A program made the translations under genes and the position numbers. Below, piece after piece: positions 9,783-18,804 of a DNA stretch of 64,000 nt. The notes beneath the pieces were generated by a model. It was not told the DNA's origin and ran no database searches. It saw only the letters and a list, made by a program, of their open reading frames with translations. This DNA is from Candidatus Latescibacterota bacterium (GTDB lineage: Bacteria > Latescibacterota > UBA2968 > GCA-2709665), in the NCBI GenBank assembly GCA_965219455.1, contig OZ244744.1, positions 640,001 to 704,000 of the forward strand, in the 5' to 3' direction. The stretch's first letter is position 1; the number at the start of each line of letters is the position of its first letter.

Positions 9783-11021
9783 TCACTCGCCGGCCTGGTC
9801 TTGGAGGCTTACGCTCATATTGTACGCCTCTTCCGCTTTCTTTGCGCTCGTCGAGGCAGCATCGTCCATACCGCCCTCCGACTGCACATTAGAAAGCAGG
9901 GCCCACGATCGCGACAACGCCTGCCAGCCCTGCACGCTGGTGGCTTTCAGGCTGACGACCATATTGAGGGCTTCTATGGAATCCTTGTACTTGCCCTGCT
10001 TTTCGTAAATTCGACCCAGCCTGTACCATGCGTCGGAATCCTGAGGATTCGCCTGGACACTTTTGAGGAACAGGTCGACGGCTTCGTCGACCTTACCCAG
10101 GTTTCTGTAACATTCCGCGAGATTGAACAGCGTATCTATATCTTCGGGCCTTTGCGCGACGACCCTTTCCAGGAGTTCGGCCGCCTTTTCGTAATTTTCT
10201 CCCATCAGGGACATCTGCCCGGCCATTATCAACACGTCGAGATTTTCGGGGTCGACGGCCAGGGCTTTGTGAGCGGTTTCGAGAGCGGCCGCCGTGTCGC
10301 CCATATACTGCTGGGCGCGGGCGAGGTCGTTCATATAACCCGCATTGTCGGGCGCCAGATCGTGGGCTTTGGTGAAGCACTGTCTCGCGTCTTCGTAATT
10401 CTTGAGATTCATATATGCCCGGCCCAGATTGACAAACGAGGATGCATCGGTGCTGTCGAGCTCGATCGCTTTCAGATAGGCGTCGATTCCGGCCTGGGCC
10501 TGCCCCATATTCAGGTAGGTCACCCCCAGCGCCTGGTAAGACATAGCCTTCTCCGGCGCCAGTGCAATCGATTTCTGAAGGGATTCGATGGCCGCGCCGT
10601 AGTCTTCGGCGCCGATCGCCCGAACGGCGTTATTGTAGTTCCGGCTCCACCACATGTCCAGGAACGGCTGGATTTTCTTCCCGTACTTTTTCTTCCCTTT
10701 CTTGGTGGCAAGCACCCATTCGAACTCTTTTCTCATTTCGTCCTGCAGGTTCTTCTCGGAATATATCTCGCCCAGCATGTAGTGCGCCTGCGAGTCGTTG
10801 GGGTCGCCCTCGACGACGATCAGCAATTGGGCGAGGGCCTTGTCGAACAGGCGCTGGCTGATGTAAAGTTTGGCGGACCGCTTGGCTATTTTGGCGTCGC
10901 CCTTTGTGATCTTTCTCTTCGCGGCACACGCCTCGTCGGGTGCGGTACCGAGAATGGCCAATACTAGGAGCGCGAGCACAGGAATGCCCGGCCGGCGAAG
11001 GAATCGCATGATGACGTTCAA
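9783..11021 (-). CDS. Secreted tetratricopeptide repeat protein
   Basis: Signal peptide followed by multiple 34-aa TPR repeats. Confidence 0.85.
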   Translation of the reverse strand: MNVIMRFLRRPGIPVLALLVLAILGTAPDEACAAKRKITKGDAKIAKRSAKLYISQRLFDKALAQLLIVVEGDPNDSQAHYMLGEIYSEKNLQDEMRKEFEWVLATKKGKKKYGKKIQPFLDMWWSRNYNNAVRAIGAEDYGAAIESLQKSIALAPEKAMSYQALGVTYLNMGQAQAGIDAYLKAIELDSTDASSFVNLGRAYMNLKNYEDARQCFTKAHDLAPDNAGYMNDLARAQQYMGDTAAALETAHKALAVDPENLDVLIMAGQMSLMGENYEKAAELLERVVAQRPEDIDTLFNLAECYRNLGKVDEAVDLFLKSVQANPQDSDAWYRLGRIYEKQGKYKDSIEALNMVVSLKATSVQGWQALSRSWALLSNVQSEGGMDDAASTSAKKAEEAYNMSVSLQDQAGE

Positions 11022-11289
11022 AGCCTTACCCCTTTCTTTTTGGCGACGTGCCGTCGTTCAGCCAACGTCAGCACAAACCTTGATGGAACCTGGGTCAGAA
11101 ACGTCTTGCGGGTTGAGCCGATCAGCGATTGTATCGCTCTTTTTTGTAAGAGTTGCGAATCGGTGCAATATAGGCGGCGACCATACTTCTGTCAAGATCA
11201 AACGCGGAAAACTCCGGTGGCGGGCATTCCACGGACGAAGACCCCGGTATCGCGCCGGTAGGCTTGCGAATTGGCGGCGCACTCACGAT

Positions 11290-11481
11290 CTATGTGTCCC
11301 GGTCTGAAATCAGCACGCCGCCTACCGCCCAGTGGTCGCGGGTCACTTCCTCGATGACCACCATGGTGCCTTCCGGTTTAGCGCCGCAGATGTTCTGCAG
11401 GGCGTCGGTAATGGCCTTGACCAGTTCGCGTTTCTGATCCTTCGTGCGGCCGTCGAGCATTTTGACGTTGACAAAGGGCAT
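11290..11481 (-). CDS. 4-oxalocrotonate tautomerase family protein
   Basis: MPFVNVKMLDGRT...HWAVGG with catalytic Pro1; true start at 11481. Confidence 0.9.
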   Translation of the reverse strand: MPFVNVKMLDGRTKDQKRELVKAITDALQNICGAKPEGTMVVIEEVTRDHWAVGGVLISDRDT

Positions 11482-11680
11482 GCCGGCATCCTTTCCGGAA
11501 ACGAAAAACCATGGAATGCAGGGTCGGACCTTGGCGGCCGAAAACAACAGATAAAGTAAGGAATAGCGGCCAGAAATCAAGTTGGAATCGAACGCGCGAC
11601 GCCGGCGGCGGCCACGCTGTGGCCGATAAACCCGGCCCGGTTGTCCGGCCCGGCGAGCGCCCGCGGAAAGAGCGGTCTCA

Positions 11681-11738
11681 AGTGTCCCATCCCGGAAATA
11701 TGTCACCATTCGGCAAGCTATTTCCGGGACAGAACACT
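11681..11738. repeat. Palindromic MITE-like repeat family A, copy 1
   Basis: AGTGTCCCATCCCGGAAATA...TATTTCCGGGACAGAACACT; further copies at 15590-15647 and 63475-63504 (half). Confidence 0.75.
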
Positions 11739-11903
11739 AACAGTCCGTTGATAAAGTCGCTCTGCAGGCGAGGCCGAGTCATTGTGGCCGAAGACAAGGC
11801 GCGCAACCGAGTCGAATCGAGCGATTCGGCGAGGGAGCGCAACGCAGTATTTCGACCGCAAGGGCCGGCCGTAGCCCGGATGGACTTTTTCAACGGGCTG
11901 TTA
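11738..11903. mobile_element. MITE family B (non-autonomous, TA-flanked)
   Basis: Terminal inverted repeats TAACAGTCCGTTGATAAAGTC / GACTTTTTCAACGGGCTGTTA (19/21 match), no convincing coding content. Confidence 0.75.
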
Positions 11904-12944
11904 AGCCAGCGTTTCGTCGATTACGATGACGGTCTTTACGGAGTCTCCGGCTTCGGCCACGGTCTGAAATCCGACGGCGGTCTCTTCCAGGGGAAAACGG
12001 TGAGTGACGAGTTTTTTCGCGGTCACCACCCCGCGGCCAACGAGGCCCAGGGCTTCCACGGTGTCCGGGGGACCGCACGAATAGCTGGTGATAAGGGTGA
12101 TGTCTCTGGAATACAGATCGTAAGGTTCGATCGCCAGCGTCCGGCCGGGTTCGGAAGGGGTGAATAGAAGCACGGTACCGCCCACGCCCACCGAGGAGAA
12201 TCCCGCCTTCATCGCCGTCAGCGTGCCCGGACCGACCACAACCAGGTCGGCCATGTCCCCATCGGTGGCGGCGGCGACGGATTCGGTCAGATCGTCTCGA
12301 GTGACGTCGATGCCGACGTCGGCCCCGAGTTCAAGGGCTTTTCCCAGCCGGTAGGGCACCATGTCCGCCGCAATCACGGTGGACGCGCCGTAGTGCCTGG
12401 CGACCAGGGCAAGAAGCTGCCCCATTATGCCCATGCCGATGATCAGGACGCGGTCTCCCCGTTGCATTCGGGCGCGGCGTTGCAACGCCTGTACCGCGCA
12501 AGCGGTCGGTTCGACGAGAGCGCCGTCTTCGAGGGAAAGCGGGGCCGGAAGTTTCAGGGTATCGGTACTGAGGTTGATGCCGGGCACGCGGACGAATTCG
12601 GCGAGGCCCCCGGGGTCCAGCGCGGAGGCCTTCCAGGTAGGACACATTGAAAAATGCCCCCGGAGGCACAAACGGCAGTTCATGCAGGGGGCATGATGGT
12701 GAACAAAGACGCGCTCACCCGGTGAGAAACCGGTGGCTTCGGAGCCAATGTCGACTATAATCCCGGCGGGTTCGTGCCCGAGAACGATGGGCGCCTTGCG
12801 CCGAACGTACCACGGCAGGGTATCGCTGGTGCAAATGCCGCAAACCGCCATTTTGACCAGGGCGTCTTCAGGTCCGATTTCAGGGATCGGTTCTTTTTCG
12901 ATGCGGATGTCGCCGTAGTCGTACAGACGGGCTACACGCATCAT
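11901..12944 (-). CDS. Zinc-dependent medium-chain dehydrogenase
   Basis: CGICTSD, LGHEPAG, four-Cys zinc site, GxGxxG; start at 12944. Confidence 0.88.
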   Translation of the reverse strand: MMRVARLYDYGDIRIEKEPIPEIGPEDALVKMAVCGICTSDTLPWYVRRKAPIVLGHEPAGIIVDIGSEATGFSPGERVFVHHHAPCMNCRLCLRGHFSMCPTWKASALDPGGLAEFVRVPGINLSTDTLKLPAPLSLEDGALVEPTACAVQALQRRARMQRGDRVLIIGMGIMGQLLALVARHYGASTVIAADMVPYRLGKALELGADVGIDVTRDDLTESVAAATDGDMADLVVVGPGTLTAMKAGFSSVGVGGTVLLFTPSEPGRTLAIEPYDLYSRDITLITSYSCGPPDTVEALGLVGRGVVTAKKLVTHRFPLEETAVGFQTVAEAGDSVKTVIVIDETLA

Positions 12945-13999
12945 CCGGCTTTTTCCGGGCTGGGCTCGGAGGGCGGCACGACGGCGAATTTGACGTCGTT
13001 GCCCTTCTTCAGAAGAAGCTCGAAGACGTGTTTCAGGTCGGACAGGGAATAGGTGCCCGAAATCAGGCCGTTGAGGTGAATCTTTCTGTCGACCAGCATG
13101 CTGTAGGCCTTTTTCACAGCGCTTCGGCTGTAGTGGAACACGCCTTTGAGGGTAATCTGATCGTAGTGCAACCTTGCGGTGTCGAAGGTGGCGACGGTTC
13201 CCTTCGGAAGGCCGCCGAACAGGACGATCGTCCCACCCTTGGCGACCAGATCGGGCGTGCTTTCCCAGACGGCGAGTTGGCCGGTGCACTCAATCACCAG
13301 ATCCGCGCCGATGCCGGCGGTCAGTTCCTTGACACGGTCAATCGCGTTTTCCGCATCCACGTCGATAATCTCGTCCGCGCCGAGCGTAGTTGCGAGTCTG
13401 AGCCGGTATTCGCGTTTGCCGGCGACAATGACGCGCTTTGCGCCGAAAGCGCGCACGACAGCCGTATGCATCAATCCGATGGCGCCCGCGCCAATGATGA
13501 GCACCGTGGCATCCGGCCCCATAAGCACCTGGTCCATGCCGTAGACCACGCACGCGAGCGGCTCCAGCATCGCGGCCTCTTCGTAGGAGAGATCCGCGGG
13601 CTTTTTGAACATGTTGTTCCGAACGACGTGAGCCGGCACCCGGACGTATTCCGCGAAGGCGCCGAAAACCATCTCGTCGATGGCGTACCGGCAGAGGTTC
13701 TCCTGCGACTTCATGCAGTACACGCATTCGCCGCAAGGCGCGGTGGGCGCTGTCATCACCTGGTCGCCCGCCTTGAATTTGGTAACTCCCTCGCCGACTT
13801 CGAAGATATCGCCGGAGAACTCATGCCCCAGCGGCGTTGGCGTGGGAATTTTCGGGTGGCCGCGACGGAACGTCTTCAATTCGGTACCGCACGTCAGTGC
13901 CGAACGCACCCGGACGACCACTTCCCCGGGACCCGCGCCGGGGATGTCGACGTCCCGCAATTCAAGGCGACCTGGTTCAAGAAGAAGCGACGAAAGCAT
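12941..13999 (-). CDS. Zinc-dependent medium-chain dehydrogenase (sorbitol/threonine DH-like)
   Basis: LGHEFSG, CGECVYC...C, GAGAIG. Confidence 0.88.
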   Translation of the reverse strand: MLSSLLLEPGRLELRDVDIPGAGPGEVVVRVRSALTCGTELKTFRRGHPKIPTPTPLGHEFSGDIFEVGEGVTKFKAGDQVMTAPTAPCGECVYCMKSQENLCRYAIDEMVFGAFAEYVRVPAHVVRNNMFKKPADLSYEEAAMLEPLACVVYGMDQVLMGPDATVLIIGAGAIGLMHTAVVRAFGAKRVIVAGKREYRLRLATTLGADEIIDVDAENAIDRVKELTAGIGADLVIECTGQLAVWESTPDLVAKGGTIVLFGGLPKGTVATFDTARLHYDQITLKGVFHYSRSAVKKAYSMLVDRKIHLNGLISGTYSLSDLKHVFELLLKKGNDVKFAVVPPSEPSPEKAG

Positions 14000-14234
14000 G
14001 GTTCTCGCTCCTTTCCAATAGGTGACGCACCATTTACATTGATATTCTATAATAGAAACTTAAGGGAATTCCAGGCGGTATGCAAGGGTTTCATTTGGAA
14101 AATCGCCAGATATGCTGCCTGGATTCAACGCACGGGAACACAGGAACCAAACGCGTCGGGATGGAGTCGCAAGGATCGGCGTTCGGATACTGGCAACCGT
14201 CCGACGTCGGCCGTCGCGTCCCTTGACCGCAGAT

Positions 14235-15566
14235 TCAGAAGATGGTTATTTCGGGAACGGCTGTGCGGCCGAACGCCGCCTTGCCGCCGTAGGCCCTGAT
14301 CTCGAACGCCGACAGAAAGGTCACAGGAACCGCACCAAGTACCGCGTTGTTTTCCAGGTCCAGGATCGTGAGTCCAAGCACGCCCGTAAATGGATCGACG
14401 ACGGCGACGTATGCGGTCTTGTCGTCCCGCGAGACCCCGAAATTCACGGCTTCCCCTTCGACCCGGATTTCGCTCGTTTTTTTAAGAGTGGCTGAATCTA
14501 CGGTCCAAAAATAGCCCTCTATCACTACGCCGAACCGTTCCGTAGGCGCCAGAAACAACCGCCTAACGGTTGCATAGAGCTTCCGTCCGTCCCTGGAGGC
14601 TTTAAGGTCGTACACGATCGTCGTTGAATCCGGGGCAACCTCCAGCAAGTCGACAACCTCTTTAGTCACCGGGTCAATCGATACGATCTGAACCGACGGA
14701 TCTTCGCCCCCCTGGGTTGTGGAGGTATAGATCCTGTCGCCCTCCGGAGACGCGACGCACCGCCCGTTGCCCCGTCCGTCCAGCCGGATACTGTCCGCTA
14801 GCGCCTGTCCTGGACCGTCGATAACGGAGATCCACGGTCTGGACCGATGTCCTACGTAGATTGCGTCGCCGTCGGGAGAAATGGCGATGCCGCTGGGCTG
14901 CAATGAGAGGGGTATAAGTGCGACGGATTCGGCGTTTTTGATATCGATGACTTCGACCTGTCTGGCTATGTCTTCGGTAACGTAGGCAAGCCGATGGTCC
15001 GGCGAAAGCGCCATGCGGGAGCCGCCTCGCGAGTTCCCGCGGGAGCCCGGCGATTCAGGCGGGTCCCGGAGCGGCAACCGGTAATCGATCTCGCTGGACT
15101 CTGTGAGCGCGTAGAAAGAATCCTGGCCGGCAACGTAGATTCGCCGGTTAAGATATGAGTAAATAACGCCGCGAGGCTGGCTTAGGACGGCCGAGAGGGC
15201 AGGATCGTAAAAATTCGTTTCCGCATCCACCACGTAGACCCTATCTGCTCGAAAGTCCGCGATATAGATGCGCGGCGGGTCAAATGGTTCACGGTCCCCG
15301 TCATCTGCCGGTGGTCCTGAGCCGCCGAATTGCCGGGCGAAAAGGACGAAGTCCTGAAAGTCGACTTCACCGTTGTTGTTGAGGTCCAGCCTGGCGTCGA
15401 AGTCCGCGTCCTGATCCGTCTTCCCGAATCCCCGGGCGAAGGCGATGAAATCCGCGAAGTTGACTTCGCCGTCTCCATTGAAGTCGACCGGCGAGGATTC
15501 CTGTGCGGTGGCGCTACTGCTCAAGAGGAGACAGACACCAAATACGACGAACGCGGCCTTAATCAT
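14235..15566 (-). CDS. Secreted protein with dockerin-like double EF-hand and YVTN/YncE-like beta-propeller
   Basis: Signal peptide, DFNGDGEVNFADF...DLNNNGEVDFQDF, propeller blade repeats. Confidence 0.75.
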   Translation of the reverse strand: MIKAAFVVFGVCLLLSSSATAQESSPVDFNGDGEVNFADFIAFARGFGKTDQDADFDARLDLNNNGEVDFQDFVLFARQFGGSGPPADDGDREPFDPPRIYIADFRADRVYVVDAETNFYDPALSAVLSQPRGVIYSYLNRRIYVAGQDSFYALTESSEIDYRLPLRDPPESPGSRGNSRGGSRMALSPDHRLAYVTEDIARQVEVIDIKNAESVALIPLSLQPSGIAISPDGDAIYVGHRSRPWISVIDGPGQALADSIRLDGRGNGRCVASPEGDRIYTSTTQGGEDPSVQIVSIDPVTKEVVDLLEVAPDSTTIVYDLKASRDGRKLYATVRRLFLAPTERFGVVIEGYFWTVDSATLKKTSEIRVEGEAVNFGVSRDDKTAYVAVVDPFTGVLGLTILDLENNAVLGAVPVTFLSAFEIRAYGGKAAFGRTAVPEITIF

Positions 15567-15589
15567 TAAGTTTTCCTCCGCGGAGGGAA

Positions 15590-15662
15590 AGTATCCCGTC
15601 CAAGAAATATGTCACCGTTCGGCAATCTATTTCCGGGTCGGAACACTAAGTCGGAACACTAA
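15590..15662. repeat. Repeat family A, copy 2, with a 13-bp terminal tandem duplication
   Basis: Matches 11681-11738; GTCGGAACACTAA occurs twice and overlaps the nitrilase stop codon. Confidence 0.7.
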
Positions 15663-16456
15663 GCAGGATAGAGCTCGGAACGGTACCGCCGGGTGTAGAA
15701 CCGGGTGGCTTTTTCGATGTCCAGGTCTGCGATGAGAAGGTCTTCCTTGCCATAGGGCATGAACGAGATGAGATTGCCCTGGGGGTCGATGAGGCTGGTG
15801 GCGGAGTTCTGTCCCTTCATGGCCTGGTTGACGCTGGCGAAGTAGATGTTGTTCTCCCCCGCGCGGCACTGCATGGCCTTCTCGTAGAAGGAATCGCCCC
15901 ACTCCCTGCGCTTTTGTCCACCTTCGTCGCTGCCCGTGACCTGGGGCTGAAACACGATCCGCGCGCCACGAACCGTGGGCCACCTCACGGTTTCCGGATA
16001 TCGCCAGCCTTCGTGGCAGATGGTGATTCCAAACCTGACGCCCTTTACGGTGAACACCCGTCGCTGCCCGTCGGGCACGTAGTTCTCCGACTCACCGCCC
16101 GGTGTGATCTGGTTTTTGGTCTGGTAGCCGAGCACCCGGCCGGCCGGTGAGATAACAAAAGCCCGGTTTTCCAGACCGAGTTCGGATTGCCACTCCATTC
16201 CGGCGATGATGGCCACGCCCGTTGTGCGGCAGGCCGCTCGAAGGTCCTGCAGGGCCTGCTCCATGGCGGGTTGGTCCGGGTCGGGCAGATCGAAAGAAGC
16301 GCCCCTGAGACCCGGAAGATAGGCCTCCGGCGTACAGACGATATCGACCTCTTGTTTCTGACATTCGCGCAGAACGGCGATCAGTCTCTCGACGCCTTCG
16401 GGTACCGAGGGCCGCTGCTTGAGCGCGGCCAGGCAGATGCGAAGCGTTTTCGCCAT
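15659..16456 (-). CDS. Carbon-nitrogen hydrolase (nitrilase superfamily)
   Basis: E-K-C triad in TPEAY, QTKNQ and ICHEG. Confidence 0.88.
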   Translation of the reverse strand: MAKTLRICLAALKQRPSVPEGVERLIAVLRECQKQEVDIVCTPEAYLPGLRGASFDLPDPDQPAMEQALQDLRAACRTTGVAIIAGMEWQSELGLENRAFVISPAGRVLGYQTKNQITPGGESENYVPDGQRRVFTVKGVRFGITICHEGWRYPETVRWPTVRGARIVFQPQVTGSDEGGQKRREWGDSFYEKAMQCRAGENNIYFASVNQAMKGQNSATSLIDPQGNLISFMPYGKEDLLIADLDIEKATRFYTRRYRSELYPA

Positions 16457-16586
16457 CGGGCGAGACCTCGCCTTTTGTGGGATCGTTCGGAAAATCGGGG
16501 ATCGAAGCTTAATCAAAACGTACAGACCCGTTGCGCCAGAAAGATCTATAGATTCAGGGGAATTGTCAACCCAATAGGCGGGAGCT

Positions 16587-18629
16587 TTACGGGCAGGCTG
16601 TCAATAGAAGAGGCGCCGAATGGCCCTTCGCGTGCTCAAGGAGCCGTTCGAGGGAACCGGTCTGAACCGTACCCTCGGCAAGGCGGTAGAGACGGCAAGG
16701 GGCGACCGGCGAAATGGCCGGAAACGTAAGGCCGCCGAGATCCGAAAGTTCGCCGCTGCCGGAGGTAATCAGGGCATGAAAAGAGGCCGGGCCGGTCAGG
16801 GTCCGAATCCTGGTCCCTGGCAGATCGATTCCTCCAGCAACCGGGCGGTCGATCGGCTCGTTAAAAAGCACCGTATTGAGGCACCGGAGTACGTGAAAAG
16901 CGGGACGTGGGTTGCAGGACGTGTCCAGAAGCCCGTGGGCCACGTCCAGGGTACGGTCAAGATCGATGAGGGGTTCGAAGTAGACGCGAGCGCCCGGAAG
17001 CAGGGCGGCGCAAAAGAGGGATTCTGCCGCCCCATTGGCATTCAACACGTCATCGCGGGCGGCGAGGGCCACGGCAAGGTCCACGCCTTTGACGTGGCTG
17101 AGGGCGCCGATGCCCAGGAGATCCTGAGCGGTTTTCCACGGGTCGGTCCCGTCAACACGGCAAAGGACCCGGTCGATGCAGACGTCCCGTCCGGTCATGT
17201 GGAGGTTCAGTTCAGGCAGTTCGCCGGGCAGATATCCGATTCGGGTACGGGGGTGCTGTTTGCCGGGACGGACCTCTCCCGGGAGGATGGGTGAAAGCGT
17301 GAAATGCGTGGAGGCCTCTTTGCCGCAGGCCGCGAGCGCTCGGGTGAGGTCGTCGGACGGCAGCAGGGTTCCGGGTATCCGGACTTCCCATGCGTCCACG
17401 ATATCCGCGTGTCGCCGGACGAACAGCAGAAGTTCCGCCGCGGAGGACACGGGCAGCATCGCCGTGAGCCGCGGACCCTCGTCGCGAAGAACTTTGAGCC
17501 GTTCCCGCTGATTGGAATCTTCGAGATCGGAGGCAGGGAATCGAACGGCGGTGGCGCCGAGTTCCACGGCGGCGAGCAATGGATAGTCGTTTCTCACGCG
17601 CTGCCGGACGATGCTGGGAAATGCGATCGGGATTTCGGTTCGAGGCGCGAGGGGATGCAGAAGGGTAAGGCCGAGGGCGGCGCGGGGAATGCCCGCCGAA
17701 GTCCGGGTGAGCAACCGTTTCGGGGCGCCGGGCGTATCTTCTTCCACGGCAAGCGCACCCCCGGTCCGGATAAAGTGCACGTCGGTCCTGTCGCCAAAAA
17801 CGCGGAACAGATAGAAGCCCAGTTTGGGCGCGTCGTCCCTGCCCTGCTCGGGCGGCGGCGGACCGGTGAACAGGTGGCTGAAGCCGGGGCGCGCGAAGGA
17901 AGTCGACGGCACGTTGAAGATTCGAGTCGACCCGACCCGGTTCAGGAACGCGAAGTGGACGTGCGCGGCGCAGACCGCTTCCACCCTGTACCTGCGGATC
18001 AGGTCGAGAATCCAACCCCGGTCGGGCTGGCCGATGTTGTCGTAGTTGCCCAGGTGCGGTTCGTCCGGACGTTCCAGGAAGGGCGGCAGGTGGAGAAAAA
18101 GAAACAGCCGTTTCCCTCGATGGGATTCGAGGTCGCGCTCCAACCATGCGCCCTGGGATCCGGATTCGGGCAGGCTGGTGTTGAGAATCTGCGAGTTGAT
18201 CACGATAAAGTGCCAGCCGTGGCGGTCGAAGCTGTACCAGGAAGGCCCGAAACGGGCATGATACCGTATCAGGGACTCCGCCGTGACGGGCCGGGTGGGC
18301 ATGGTCGGATCTGGTTTGTCGCCGACGTCGTGGTTGCCGGCGACGTGGAAAACCTCCGCTTCCAGATGCGCCATTTGCTCCCGCGCCTTGTCTATCGCCT
18401 CCTTGTGGCGCCGGGTCTCGGGGTATTCCTGGACCAGGTCGCCCATGTGCACGATGAAGTCCGCGCCCAGAGACGCCGCGAGCTTGAGCGCCGCGTCCGC
18501 TCTGGCGGTCTGCTTGCGGCGGGATTCGAATTCCAGCGCGCGGCCGCCCGGATCGAGCATGTAGTGGGTGTCCGCCAGAACCACGAATTCGAATTCGGCG
18601 GGCGCCATCATGGAACGATCGAGCATCAT
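16587..18629 (-). CDS. Calcineurin-like metallophosphoesterase with long C-terminal domain
   Basis: DTH, GDLV, GNHD, HLP, AHVH motifs. Confidence 0.82.
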   Translation of the reverse strand: MMLDRSMMAPAEFEFVVLADTHYMLDPGGRALEFESRRKQTARADAALKLAASLGADFIVHMGDLVQEYPETRRHKEAIDKAREQMAHLEAEVFHVAGNHDVGDKPDPTMPTRPVTAESLIRYHARFGPSWYSFDRHGWHFIVINSQILNTSLPESGSQGAWLERDLESHRGKRLFLFLHLPPFLERPDEPHLGNYDNIGQPDRGWILDLIRRYRVEAVCAAHVHFAFLNRVGSTRIFNVPSTSFARPGFSHLFTGPPPPEQGRDDAPKLGFYLFRVFGDRTDVHFIRTGGALAVEEDTPGAPKRLLTRTSAGIPRAALGLTLLHPLAPRTEIPIAFPSIVRQRVRNDYPLLAAVELGATAVRFPASDLEDSNQRERLKVLRDEGPRLTAMLPVSSAAELLLFVRRHADIVDAWEVRIPGTLLPSDDLTRALAACGKEASTHFTLSPILPGEVRPGKQHPRTRIGYLPGELPELNLHMTGRDVCIDRVLCRVDGTDPWKTAQDLLGIGALSHVKGVDLAVALAARDDVLNANGAAESLFCAALLPGARVYFEPLIDLDRTLDVAHGLLDTSCNPRPAFHVLRCLNTVLFNEPIDRPVAGGIDLPGTRIRTLTGPASFHALITSGSGELSDLGGLTFPAISPVAPCRLYRLAEGTVQTGSLERLLEHAKGHSAPLLLTACP

Positions 18630-18804
18630 AGGGAGATCGGAAAAATGGTGCTATGAATCCTGGATAGACCGATTCGGTCTTGCCGTATTTCGTACGCCTC
18701 GCGTGGACGGCCCAAAGATGGAATCAAACGGAAAAAACACCGACACGTTGCAACGGCAAGACTGGCTGTTAAAGACGATGCCGACTCATCTTTCCTGTAC
18801 CGGT

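Noticed and set aside
7937-10967. Long plus-strand ORFs (586 and 466 aa; also 13028-14299, 17304-18656, 52343-53677)
   Set aside because: Antisense shadows of well-supported minus-strand genes in GC-rich DNA, with no recognisable motifs
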